The notes beneath the pieces were generated by a model. It did not search any database. It was not told the origin of the DNA and saw only the letters and a list, made by a program, of their open reading frames with translations. From Paragordius varius (Eukaryota > Animalia > Nematomorpha): DNA of 64,000 nucleotides. The stretch lies in NCBI GenBank assembly GCA_964247055.1, contig OZ176051.1, forward strand, positions 1,550,001 to 1,614,000, read 5' to 3'. The translations under genes were made by a program, and so were the position numbers. Positions 1 to 14,100 of the stretch are shown in pieces; position 1 is the stretch's first letter, and the number at the start of each line of letters is the position of its first letter.

Positions 1-612
1 AAATCTTATTTAAAAAATAAATCATTAAGAAATCGAAAAAAACTTAAAAGTTTTACAGCTTTCAAGCTACCGCCCAATGCTAATATAACAACATCGAATG
101 CAAATATTAATTGCCAAGTACCGATATCATTTTCCCTTTCAAAAATACCTTTGATCGAATTAACTAAAGCGAGTGTTGATAATTCCTCTTCCATATTGAA
201 CACAAAAGTAAAAGAATCACCATTATTAAACACACTTTCTCATAATTCTCCAACAACTTTAACGGCAGATATGGGGGATTATTCGCAAAAAACTTCCCTG
301 GTTGATTCTCAGAATGAAATATTTTTGGGAATTACAGATTCAATAATTTCCCTTTCCAGTTTACAGCAAGCACAGACCCAAGAAGCTATTAAAGAAGAGA
401 CAGAATTAGTTTCATCAACTGTTATTACTTCTGCCAAAACGAGCCTTGTCTCAACGTTTCCCCATCCCTCCTCAAAAATTAAGGTCGAGTCCGAAACTCT
501 GTCTTCGCCCCCAGAGAAGCGACAAGGCGTCCTTGCAGCTCGTAAAAAGTTTGAAAGAGCTCTTGCAGGTCTAACCTCTGGCAAAAGTGCTGGAAATGAA
601 ATTACATCATAA
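1..612 (+). CDS. 3' end of a Ser/Thr-rich protein of unknown function (5' part outside the window)
   Basis: Frame 1 is open from base 1 (KSYLKNKSLRNRKK...) through the listed ORF 151-612 to TAA at 610-612. GC content is higher than in the flank after 612. No recognisable domain. Confidence 0.65.
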   Translation, partial: KSYLKNKSLRNRKKLKSFTAFKLPPNANITTSNANINCQVPISFSLSKIPLIELTKASVDNSSSILNTKVKESPLLNTLSHNSPTTLTADMGDYSQKTSLVDSQNEIFLGITDSIISLSSLQQAQTQEAIKEETELVSSTVITSAKTSLVSTFPHPSSKIKVESETLSSPPEKRQGVLAARKKFERALAGLTSGKSAGNEITS

Positions 613-1534
613 TTTTGCGAGTATACAAATGTCCACTTTTCAAAAATCCCGGTTTTTATAACTTTGTATTAATGTCATGCCCATCTAGCTTATGCACAAT
701 AAACCAGGGCTGGCTTTGACACACATGTGATATTTATATTTTTTTGTTATAAGTTATTATTAAATTATTTAGACCTTTTACAATGGATTGAAATTAAATT
801 CATATGCATTAATTCATATTATTTTCTATTTATTGCCAATGCATTTAATTTAATTAAATTTAAATTATATATTTGATTGAACTTTGTATATTGTTTTATA
901 ATTTGCAAGACGGATCCATAATTTTATAACCACAGAAAAGTTATAACTTTCGAAAATCTATATGAAAATAATTTATAATTTAAAAGGAAAACATATTAAT
1001 GGTAAATTTATTGTCAATAACTAATTAGTCACCTGTGGCACATATCAACGCCACAGCTTTTTAGTATGGAGTGCTCCTGTATAGATTTTAGTCAACAACA
1101 AATGTATATGCTATCTGGCAATTAATAAAAATCTAGCAATGTAAAGTTACTCACAGTTGTAATATATCATGATATAAAAACATTCATTATTGGTGATTAT
1201 TAATACAAAGCGAAAAATAACCTTCAAGCCAATAATATTTTTCTTTGTTGTATATGCTATCTGGCAACATTTAATGAACAACTAGCAAAGTATATTATCT
1301 ATACTGTATATTATAATGAAAAAATTGGATTTTCATGTTGCTTTTGGTTCTTCTGACGAGTCATTTAAGATAGTTCGAAAGTCCCATTTTTGCATCTCTT
1401 AAATATAGGATATATTAAAATAAACAAAAAAGTTTTATTTTTATCATATGCTCCATTAACCCATTAAAATTAAATTTTTTTTAAAAAGCATAGGCAAAAT
1501 TTTAATTAAGCTTATTTTATGGTATACTAACGTA

Positions 1535-2915
1535 AAAGGAAGTCCTTCGGACATCATGAAAAAGGGATCAACAAAAGTGTGCATATATGTAGAATTTCGA
1601 AACATTAATTAATAGTTGTTTTCAAAACGGTGCATTAGTACTTATATATTGTTTACTGGTGTGAAGGCCCCATTGAACCGAAATACCCGCTATACTATAA
1701 TTTTTACCTTTTTATAGGTATTTTTTAAAGCCTTTATTTAAATCGTATGGCTTCCTAAGTTTTTTGAAAATTTCCAAAACCCGCCATTTTTGTATGGCCT
1801 CTCAATCTTAAACCGGTAGACCCCTGCCCATAGACCTATATGGAAAAAGCGCTGAGTTAAATTCTTTGCCTTTTTACGGGTTACATTTCAAGCCCTTATT
1901 TAACTCATATGGCCTGGTTTTCTAGAATTTTCTCCAAAGCATCTGTATCGATATGGTGGCCCAGTTGTAGACGGGTAGCCCCCTACCCAGAAGTCAATAT
2001 AAAAAAGATGTCCGATAAAATTTTTTGCATTTATAAGGGAATACATGGATACATCATTGATTCCATATGTTCTTAATAATTTTGGAAGAATGCCTTCAAA
2101 ACTAAATAATAGTTCAATCGTAGGGCGTAAAGGGCCTAATTAACGGCAAAAACTGCTGACTTAATTTTTTGCCGTTTTTCGAGTAATATTACAGGCTCTT
2201 ATCAAACTTATATGGCCTGATAAGTTTCCTCAAAATTAACTCCTAAACAACGCAATTCTAATATGGTGGCGCATTTTTCAGGGCATGTAGGGCTAATCGG
2301 CTAATTTTAAAAAACCTCACCACTTAAATTTTTGCCTTGTTAAGGGTTATAATTTAAGAAGCTATTGAACTCATATGGTTTGATAGCGCTTCTGAAATTC
2401 AGCCTTAAAGGCACGCTATTTGATATGACGGGGCAGTTTTTAGCAGGCATCTTCTTACCCAACCCAATATAAAAGAAACACACGACTAAAATGTTTGCCT
2501 TTTAAAAGAGAATACGTGGAATCATTGAATCGGTCTCATACCTTGGGAAAAAAATAGTTTGTTGACGTTTTTTTTGAAAATTATGGCATTTTACGGAGGG
2601 AGCGGGTAAAAAGAGGGCCTAAATTAAAAAAGCGAGCCGACTATGATCGGCGAAATCGAAAATATGTAAAAATTAATCATATCGAATGGTCCAATACTTT
2701 TTTCTGAAAATTGTCTGAAAGACAATATTTTGTGGGTGTTTTCAAAAAAACCTTTTTTACATGGGGTGGGCCTGAACTGGGAGTCTAATTTAAAAATGGG
2801 CGAAGCTATTGTCGGGGCATTCATTAATGATTATATTTTTACGACATTATTTGGTTCTACCGGTTTTCCGGAAACAAATCACAAAGCCAGCATTTTCCAT
2901 TTTTATAAATATATT
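1535..2915. repeat. Interspersed repeat family A, copy 1 (internally tandem ~1-1.6 kb non-autonomous element)
   Basis: Shares long blocks (e.g. tattgtttactggtgtgaaggccc, gaagctattgtcggggcattcattaatgatt) with 9420-11025, 34305-35414 and 48630-49797. It is in the opposite orientation to copies 2 and 3. Confidence 0.8.
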
Positions 2916-4007
2916 GATAAGTCTTGGTTATGGATTGCCTACAGCAGAAAAACGGGCCAAATATCTGAGTATAGCCATATCTTTTTTTAAAGGAAAATAT
3001 TTTTTTTATCCAACAGTTATTATGACTAGTCTGGAAATTTTGCACACTGTGTTGTCTGGTAAGCTGGCCATTTCGATTTATATATAAAAAATATTTAAAC
3101 AAAAAATCAGAAGCTGGCTGCATAAAATTAGTTTTCTCATTTATCATCCTTACAACGTGACACCCGAATTTTTTTGAATTATGAAAGCCGGTGAGTTCCT
3201 CTATCAACATCTTTTAAATAAATATAATCAAAAAGATAATACGAATGGCTTTATATCATTTATGGGCCGCGGATTTGGTGTTTTTTCGGTTAATTATGAA
3301 AATATTACTGTAAAACTTGATTACTTAGTCAAAAAATAATAAAAAAATATCGTTTGCACACTTGATTTAAAAAGATTTTCTACCAAATTTTGAAAACCTT
3401 TTTACTTTATACGTTTTTCGATGTGTAAATGTAATTAATTAATTTTTATGCCTGTTTATCAGCCCAAAATGTAAAGAACGGTATAAATGTATCGAAAATA
3501 TAAAAAATCCATCCACTTTTAAATTCTGTCTCAATTACATTATGCCAAAAAGTGGTGTTAAAATTTAATTAAATCTTATTTGTAAATGAAAATAACAATA
3601 TGCAGATATTTCTTTTATTATCAAATTAAAATAATCGCAAACGGTTATTATTATCGACTAAATGCTTAAAAACCAAAATTTTGTTAAAATAAGATTAGGT
3701 TAATGTTGAGTAAAAGTTTTATTGAGCGCCTTATTTATAAATATCCCACCGATTAATTTCGATAACTTTAAAGTTAAAAAATCAGGTATGTTGCTTACAT
3801 AAGGAAAAATGCATTAAAATATTCCTACTAAACAGAATAATTATAACCGTTTACAAAACTTTAGAAAATGCGATAATAAAGAGTTTTAAGCCTTAAGATC
3901 GAATAAAAAAAGTAAATAATAAGTATTAAATTAAAAGAATAATAAAAATAAAAGGGAATTCGCAAGAAAATTTATTGAAAAAGTTTATGAATGCAATATA
4001 ATTTATT

Positions 4008-6899
<2,892 letters not shown>

Positions 6900-6952
6900 A
6901 TCAAAATTACCGTGGTTTAATGAATGTATGGTACTAACAATGATCGAATAAT

Positions 6953-7288
6953 ATGGATTCCTCCCTGGATAAAAAAGTTGTGGATGCCAAAAAATTCTCT
7001 GAGAAACCAGATAACACAATCCCAAAAACACAACAAGTCATAATTGATCAAACAAAAAAGGATATTTTTTTGATGGAAGATATTAAACAGCAGCTTTTTG
7101 ATATACAATCCAAACAAGACTCAAATATTAAAATTCCAGACGGGACTTTTAATAAACCACCTCCAACCAAATGTAGCATGCAAAATATAGATATTCCTTT
7201 AAATACTAATGAAATTAGTGCATATTTTAATGATTTATTGTATATTCCTAAAAAAATGTCACAAATGGCCGAGTTAATGTATACATAA
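6953..7288 (+). CDS. OSER1: OSER1-like (oxidative stress-responsive serine-rich protein 1 family), compact 111 aa, single exon
   Basis: The C-terminus CSMQ...EISAYFNDLLYIPKKMSQMAELMYT* matches the OSER1 family tail as I recall it (YLYIPKKMSHMAEMMYT*). The gene is head-to-head with PSMD14. Confidence 0.75.
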   Translation: MDSSLDKKVVDAKKFSEKPDNTIPKTQQVIIDQTKKDIFLMEDIKQQLFDIQSKQDSNIKIPDGTFNKPPPTKCSMQNIDIPLNTNEISAYFNDLLYIPKKMSQMAELMYT

Positions 7289-7411
7289 TAAACTCATAAA
7301 TACAATAAATAAATATTATATATCTTGTGATGAGGAACTAATATCTGCTAGTATCGCTAATTCATGTATTGTACTGCTATATAAAGAATTAGATGAATCT
7401 GTTTTGATAAT

Positions 7412-8066
7412 TTAGTTTAAATTTTCAAGAGATCGGGTTGATTTAAGTGATGACGAGTAAATTTGTTTGGTGCATTTTTTGACTTTATTAATATTTTTTA
7501 TAGATGAAAGTGAACCGGATATCTTATCTTCATTTTTAAATTGATTATTGGCATCCTGTTTTTTATCCATCAAGTGATTTTCTTTTAACCATTTTGTAAT
7601 AAAATGCTTTTTGTTGCATATAAAATTGTCGCTATCATTACGTTGTTCTAATAACGTTGGTGTGTTTATAGAAGTTGTTTCGGATTCTATTAAAAACTTT
7701 ATTAAGAAATTTTGCAGTTTTTTTTCTTGTAGATCCTGTAAACCTATAATTAATATTTTATTTACTTAAATATGGAGATATATGACATATAGGCCGAGAC
7801 TTTGGCAGGGAATTTTGCGGGGGATTTAATAAAATACTGCTTATTTCATTTTTTGACACAAAACTTTTTGTGCTGTTAAGGCATGGTGGTCTTTTTATTT
7901 TTTGTCGAAAATTAACCTCTGCTTTTAGTTCTTCTAACCGTTCATAAACCTCAGAACAATCTAAATTTATATATTTGTTACCTAACATAGGTTGAGATAT
8001 TTTTTCTGTTTGGTTTAATATTTCGCAAATATTTTTCGAACTATTTTTTTTCATTTTATTTATCAT
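7412..8066 (-). CDS. Unknown protein, at least 2 exons (7766-8066, 7412-7743); 3' end ambiguous (may extend to 7316)
   Basis: ORF 7758-8066 joins a second open frame (LQDLQEKKLQNFLIKFLIES...) through a 22-nt GT-AG intron at 7744-7765 with matching phase. No recognised domain. Confidence 0.6.
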
Positions 8067-8101
8067 GTGTAAAATCTTGAAAAGTTAGTCCTAAACGAAC
8101 C

Positions 8102-8754
8102 ATGCCTGAAAACGTTTTAGCGGGTCGGATTCAACAATCAGAAAATATTTTGCAGATCATGTTGGAATACTACCAATCATTGGGCATAGATTTGTTATCC
8201 TTACTACAAAATTTGGAATTGACTGCTTTCAAAAATATACTTGATTCGGTGCTTTTAAAATGGGATATTATAACTTTACAATATGGTACGAAGCATCCAG
8301 ACGCCAACCTTTCCAAAGTGCAAATCAAGGAACAATGGTACCATGTTTTTAATATTTAGGTGTCATCTTAAATTTCAATTTATAGATTTTTTGTATGAAA
8401 AATTGGGGCTCCTTAATCCATCAACCTCATCACTGTTCAATAATATCAATAATAATAATATATTATCTTCAACAAAAAACCCAATTAATACTCCTACAGT
8501 CACTCCGCTAAAACCAGGTTTTTAAATTATTTTATCAAAATTATTTAAAATTTAGTACATTTTTGTTAATATACTATTTATACGCACAACATTTAGTTAC
8601 TCCTAAATCTGTTACAAAAAATTCCGTGGTAACATCGCACATTCAAAAAGTTATTAATTCCGTCGTAAAAAGCGCCAAATCTATTGGAAAGAACCAATCG
8701 AAATCGAAAAGTAATTATATATTTAATAAATCAACTTTTTTAAAACTTTTATAA
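8102..8754 (+). CDS. Unknown protein, 3 exons, helical N-terminal half and basic low-complexity tail
   Basis: ORF 8102-8359 joins the frame of ORF 8283-8525 through a 22-nt intron at 8338-8359 (QW|CHLKFQF). A second intron of about 80 nt from ~8518 joins the frame of ORF 8563-8754 (P|VTPKSV), with consistent phases. Confidence 0.6.
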
Positions 8755-9419
8755 GAATGCTATATTTTTTAGTGTGCAATTCTTAAATTTTTGTTTTTAA
8801 AAAATGAATGTTTTTATTTTGTATATGTCATTTTTTGCATTTACTTTACAGTGAAATAAAAAAGTTTTGTAAGCAGGGCTAGTTTTTTTAAATTTTGCTT
8901 TATTATTGTTTCTGTACAAAAGTGAACAGTATTCTCATAAAAAACATGGATTGTTTTGTTTTCGGTTCTACATTTTAAATAAATCTGATGATGTAATCAT
9001 AATGTGATGGATTGGCATTTAAGTTGGCTTATTTTTTAAAATATTTAAATATTATTTAAAATGATTAAGATTTTTAACCATTCTTAACAACTCACTAGAT
9101 TCGGTTGGTTTTTAAATTATACTCATTAGTTTGCTACACAATTTAATGTCTTTTAATTTTTTTTCTTTTAAACATATTTTTATATTGAAGATTAAACACC
9201 TACAGTTTTTGAGTTAAATATCAGTTTGGCAAGGAATTAACACATAAAATATTATTTTACGCAGTTAAACTATTTCAATTTCATTCATCCAAGTTAATTT
9301 AATGAATATAAAATTTTTCATTTTTTAGTCAAATTTACTTTAAATCTTTCAAATTCACTCCAAATCTTTTCAAATGTATCTTATATAAATAAATAATTTA
9401 GCTTTTATCCCGTTATCTA

Positions 9420-11025
9420 TATATTTATAAAAATGAAATAGATAGTGGCTTTATGCTGTTTCCGAAAAACCGGTAGACCCATTCAAATCCAAATGCCAAA
9501 AAATATAATCATTAATGAATCCCCCGACAATAGTTTCTTTTTTAAATTAGGCCCCCAGTTCGAACCCATTCCGTGTAAAAAACGGTTTTTTTGAAAACAT
9601 AGACAAAATTTTTCGGAAAATGTGTTGGACCATTCGATTCAAATATGATTTTTTTTACTTTTTTTGATTGTGCCGATAGTCGGTTTGCATGTAAAATTTA
9701 ATAAGAATTCCAGGTATTACCTGTTTAAAGGCAAAAACTTTAGTCGTGCGTTTCTTTTATATTGGCTGCTGGGTAAGGAGATACCCGATAAAAACTGATC
9801 CGTCATATCGAAATAGCGTGCCTTTGGGGCTAAATCGCAGAAAACCTATTAGGCCATATGAGTTCAATAGGGGCTTAAAATATTACCCGTAACAAGGCAA
9901 AAATTTAGATCGTGCGGATTTTTAAAATTAGCCGTTAATTAGGCCCTACGCCCTGAAAAATACGCCACCATAGAATGATTTATTAATTTTGAGGCAATTT
10001 TTCCAAAAACTATAACTTATGGATTCAATGATGATTCTAGTATTCCCCTAAGGCAAAATTTTTTATCGAACGTGTTTTATATATTGGCCTCTGGGTACGG
10101 GGCTAGCCGCGTAAAACTGCGTCACCATTACAGCTTGCCTTTTAAGCCCAATTTTAGAAAACATATGAGACTATGTAAATTCAAAAAGGGCCTAAAATGT
10201 TTATTACCCATTAAAAAACAAATATTTTAGTATAGGGTGAATTCGCCGCGATATAACAATTTTTTGGTTTTGAAGCAATATTTCCAAGAAATTATAGGTA
10301 CATATGAATTCCATGATAATTCCATATATTCCCCATATAAAGAAGCCTGACGTTTTTTTATGCCTGCCTCTGGGTAAGAAGCTAGCCGCCAAAAAACGTG
10401 TCACTATATAGAAATTGCGTTGTTTTGAAACTAATTTAAAACTTATGCCATATGAGCTCATTTAGAGTTCGAAATATGACCAGTAGCTAGTTAAAAATAA
10501 AGATCAGCCGTTTTTTATTAGGCGTTAATTTGGGGCCTTTATGCCCTAAAAATACACCATACATATCGTTTATTTATTGTTCAGGTATTTTTCCGAATTA
10601 TCCATAGACGATGGTATCAAAAATGATTCTAAATATTTTCCCTAAGGCAAAAAATTTAACTTAGCGCTTTTTTCATATAGGCCTATGGGTAGAGGTCTAC
10701 CGGTTTAAAACTGAGCGCCATACAAAAATGGCGTGGCTATAGAGCTAATTTTTAAAAAACTTACGAAGCCATACGAGTTCAATAAAGGCTTTTATTACCT
10801 TTTCCGTTAGCATCGATTCGGGGCCTTCACACCAGTAAACAATATATTAGGATGAATGCACAGTTTTGAAATTTCAATGAAGCACCGTTTTGAAAATCTT
10901 ATGAGACCATAGCTCTTAAATAAGTTTCGAAGTAATCCACATATATGGATCATTTTATTGATCCCTTTTTTCAAATAGCGCCCCACCACCCCCCTCGGGC
11001 TACGTAGCAGCACTAGATTTACGCT
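9420..11025. repeat. Repeat family A, copy 2
   Basis: Begins tatatttataaaaatg and ends cgggctacgtagcagcactagatttacgct. Diverged ~300-bp subunits are marked by (c/a)tgggta at ~9769, 10091, 10371 and 10686. Confidence 0.8.
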
Positions 11026-11192
11026 ACTAATTTATATAAAATAATTAAGATTAAATAAAAAAGGCCAAAAACGTTTTACAGATAAAATAAGCTAAACATT
11101 TTAGGAAGTTTAAAAATTGGTATTAAATCGAATTTTATTTTCACAATTTTAACTAATTAGAATTGAGCGTTCAACCATGTTCAGAGATTGAA

Positions 11193-14100
11193 ATGGAGTT
11201 GATAAAATTTTTCCTGGATCTTTTCTCGGATATTCTTTCGAAAAATCGTCACGTGGAATGCATTAGATGGGAAAAGCTGATGGATTGGGCCAAACTCACC
11301 AAAAAAATGAATCTATTGTGCAATCTCGATTACCAAAGCCATAAGTATAGATCCATGTAAGACATCAATTTTAATTTCGATTTAGGATTTATGATGGTTA
11401 ACCACTGACATATAATATTAAATTTAATTTTAAAAGTAAATTTAATTTTAAAATGCTTTACATTATATTTTGCGATATAGATTTTTTGGAATATGTAATT
11501 TATGATGATAGACGCTAATTCTGCATATATAAACAATTACCTTAATTTTTTATTTAAAGCCGTATAACTAAAAGTCTTTTTAACTATGTCGGTTTTTTAA
11601 TATATACCTAATCTTCATTCAAATTTATACATTTTCTAATCTTTTTATCTAAATCAATTTGAAATATTTTTATTATATAAAAGATTCAAAAATATTGTGT
11701 CCAAATGTTTACCAAATACAAAATCCTGCAGTTTTATTGAATCTCTCTTACGGATTAAGGAATATGCCGACAAAAATCTTTTTGTTTTGGAATGTAATAG
11801 TCAACCAAAACCTGCTGAGAAGCCTTCACGGTAAAAGAAATTTTTTTACCGAATATTTTAACATAAAATACGAAATTTAACATTATTTTTTTTTGTTTAG
11901 TGCAAAGAAAACAACCGGTAAATCACCCTCCGCTAAAAATAATGGTAAAATAGCCACCCCTACTGTAAATTTTAATACTTCCCAATCACCTATACGGGCA
12001 AATGAACCCAATTCGATGGATGCAATAATAAATACTAAACTTAAACTTGATGTTCCCAATGTCACTTCTGATATACTAATGCTAAATTATGATGGCAATA
12101 CCTCTCCTCAAAGAACTGAATTGGATTCTTCATTCAATCTACCTGCCCCTGTTATAGATTATATGGCCGATTTGAAGATGCGTTTGAAAGATGCCATTTG
12201 TAATACGCAAAGTTATAAACCACCCAATCAAAATCAAAAGGCTCCGATTGTTTCAAAAACCCAAAGTAAAATAGCCCAGCCTGATCCATCACCATCATCA
12301 GATGACAGTACTACTTCGAGTTCAAGTTCCAATGATACTGATGTAACGATCGTAGCTGTAAAAACTCTGGCAGACATTAAAAATAGTATAAAAACGATTG
12401 AAATTCCTGATTCTCCTGCTCGCGCTTGTGATAAAAATACTAATAGTATGGAAAAAAATTGCAATCAAATAATCTCAAACGCAATCGATGAAACTATACC
12501 ATCATCTTTATCTTCTGAAAATAAAATGGTTGAACCAACTGGACCATCAGTATCTGAGACGGACAAGAAAATCAAAAAGAAAAAAAGTAAGAAGGAAAAC
12601 AGTGTTATTGGAAAGGTCGAACTTCCAAATGTTGCTGTCAAAAAGATAAAAGAACCTAAGATTACCGTAACATCCAAAGTCGAAGGCGAAATTAGCTCAA
12701 AAACAGGCGAGAATGTTAGTGCTAACCCTGGAGGGAAAAATGATGCGAATAATATTGATAATCAAAATATTATTCCTTTACAAAATAAAAATACACCTCC
12801 TGGAAAAAGCGTTCAAAAGAAAGCACGCAAACAAAAGTCCAATATGCGCAACTCCGAAATTGATAGGCAAAATGATATTACGCTACAATTGATTTTTGAG
12901 CTTGAAAAGCAAATAAACTCCACGTCGACACCAAAAAAACAGTCAAAGTCAAAAAAATCAAATGATAGTTTACCTTCAGCCAGTAAAGTACGTGAGGAAC
13001 CTAAACACGACGAGCGCGAAAACATAAAGAAAGTTAAAAATGAGAGCATTGCAACGAAACCTTGTAAATGGATTAAATTAGAGGATGAAATAATAATCAA
13101 TTCCATCGTGATACCTCCTCATCAAATTATAACCAAGTCGACTCCAACCAAAAAGAGCAGCTCACCCCTCAATAAAAACTCTGCAAAAGAGGTTTGTCAA
13201 TCACTCCCTACACAAACATTAAAGGCCCAGGAGCTAACAATTAAACAATGTACGAAAGTGGCCACACCACAGAAACCAAAAGTAAAGCATGGTGGCGCTA
13301 GCATACGAAAATCAACTAAGAAGCTTAAGAATTTACACCTCAAGAAGCAAAATAAGGAAAAACGTAAGGCGAAAAAGAATGATCAGCTTGTTAAGAAATT
13401 GGAAGCTATTGTCAATTCCTCCGCCTTTGATAAGTTAACGCAGGGTGGTTGGGGTGAATTAGATCCCAACGCTCCGACAACCTCTGGATGGAATCCCGAT
13501 CCATGTACGCAAGTTGAATCTGTCACTGAGAAACCATCCCATTTTTCACATGGAACAAATTTTAGTAGCCTCCCGCCCGAATACACAGGTTTTAATTGTA
13601 ATAAACTTAGTAGTGCCATTGACATTGCTCCTAAAATTGTTGCAACAACTAATTTGAAATTGGATAATAACAATAAAATTCAAAATGATGTTACGAATGA
13701 TGTGTTTGACAAAACTGTATCCTGCGCTAGTAATGGGTGGGGTGATTTATCGCGCAATGCTAATATATCATTTTCTAATCCTTGGGCCCCTAAAAACAAA
13801 GGTGCTTCTTTATTACCTACACCGAAAAATTTTGACAATATTGTTAAAACTAGTGAGATTGAATTAACCAAAAACATTGATTCGAAGAAAAACAAGAAAG
13901 ACAATAATGCTGTAATAACTGAGTCTGAGAATATCATATCCTCTTCTCGATCTGAAAAACCACAAGATGGTTGGGGAGAATTATCTAATAATGTTAATTT
14001 ATCATTTTCAAATCCATGGACTACTAAAAGCAAAGGTGCTCTATTACCTACTCCTACTATGCCGCTCATACCTCCAAAAAATAACCTTACACCTCAATTT

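Noticed and set aside
1353-1385. ctgacgag...cgaaagtc as another hammerhead
   Set aside because: Stem II does not pair beyond one base pair, there is no stem III, and stem I is not evident.
2624-2990. ORFs inside repeat family A (also 10204-10461, 10807-11013, 34299-34698, 49212-49888)
   Set aside because: The frames are not conserved between the four copies and there are no transposase or Rep motifs, so they are chance ORFs.
7412-7414. Ciliate-type reassignment of TAA/TAG, suggested by tiny introns and one in-frame TAA
   Set aside because: The conserved genes (PSMD14, ST13, SYCP3, OSER1) have no internal TAA/TAG and end on TAA at the expected C-termini.
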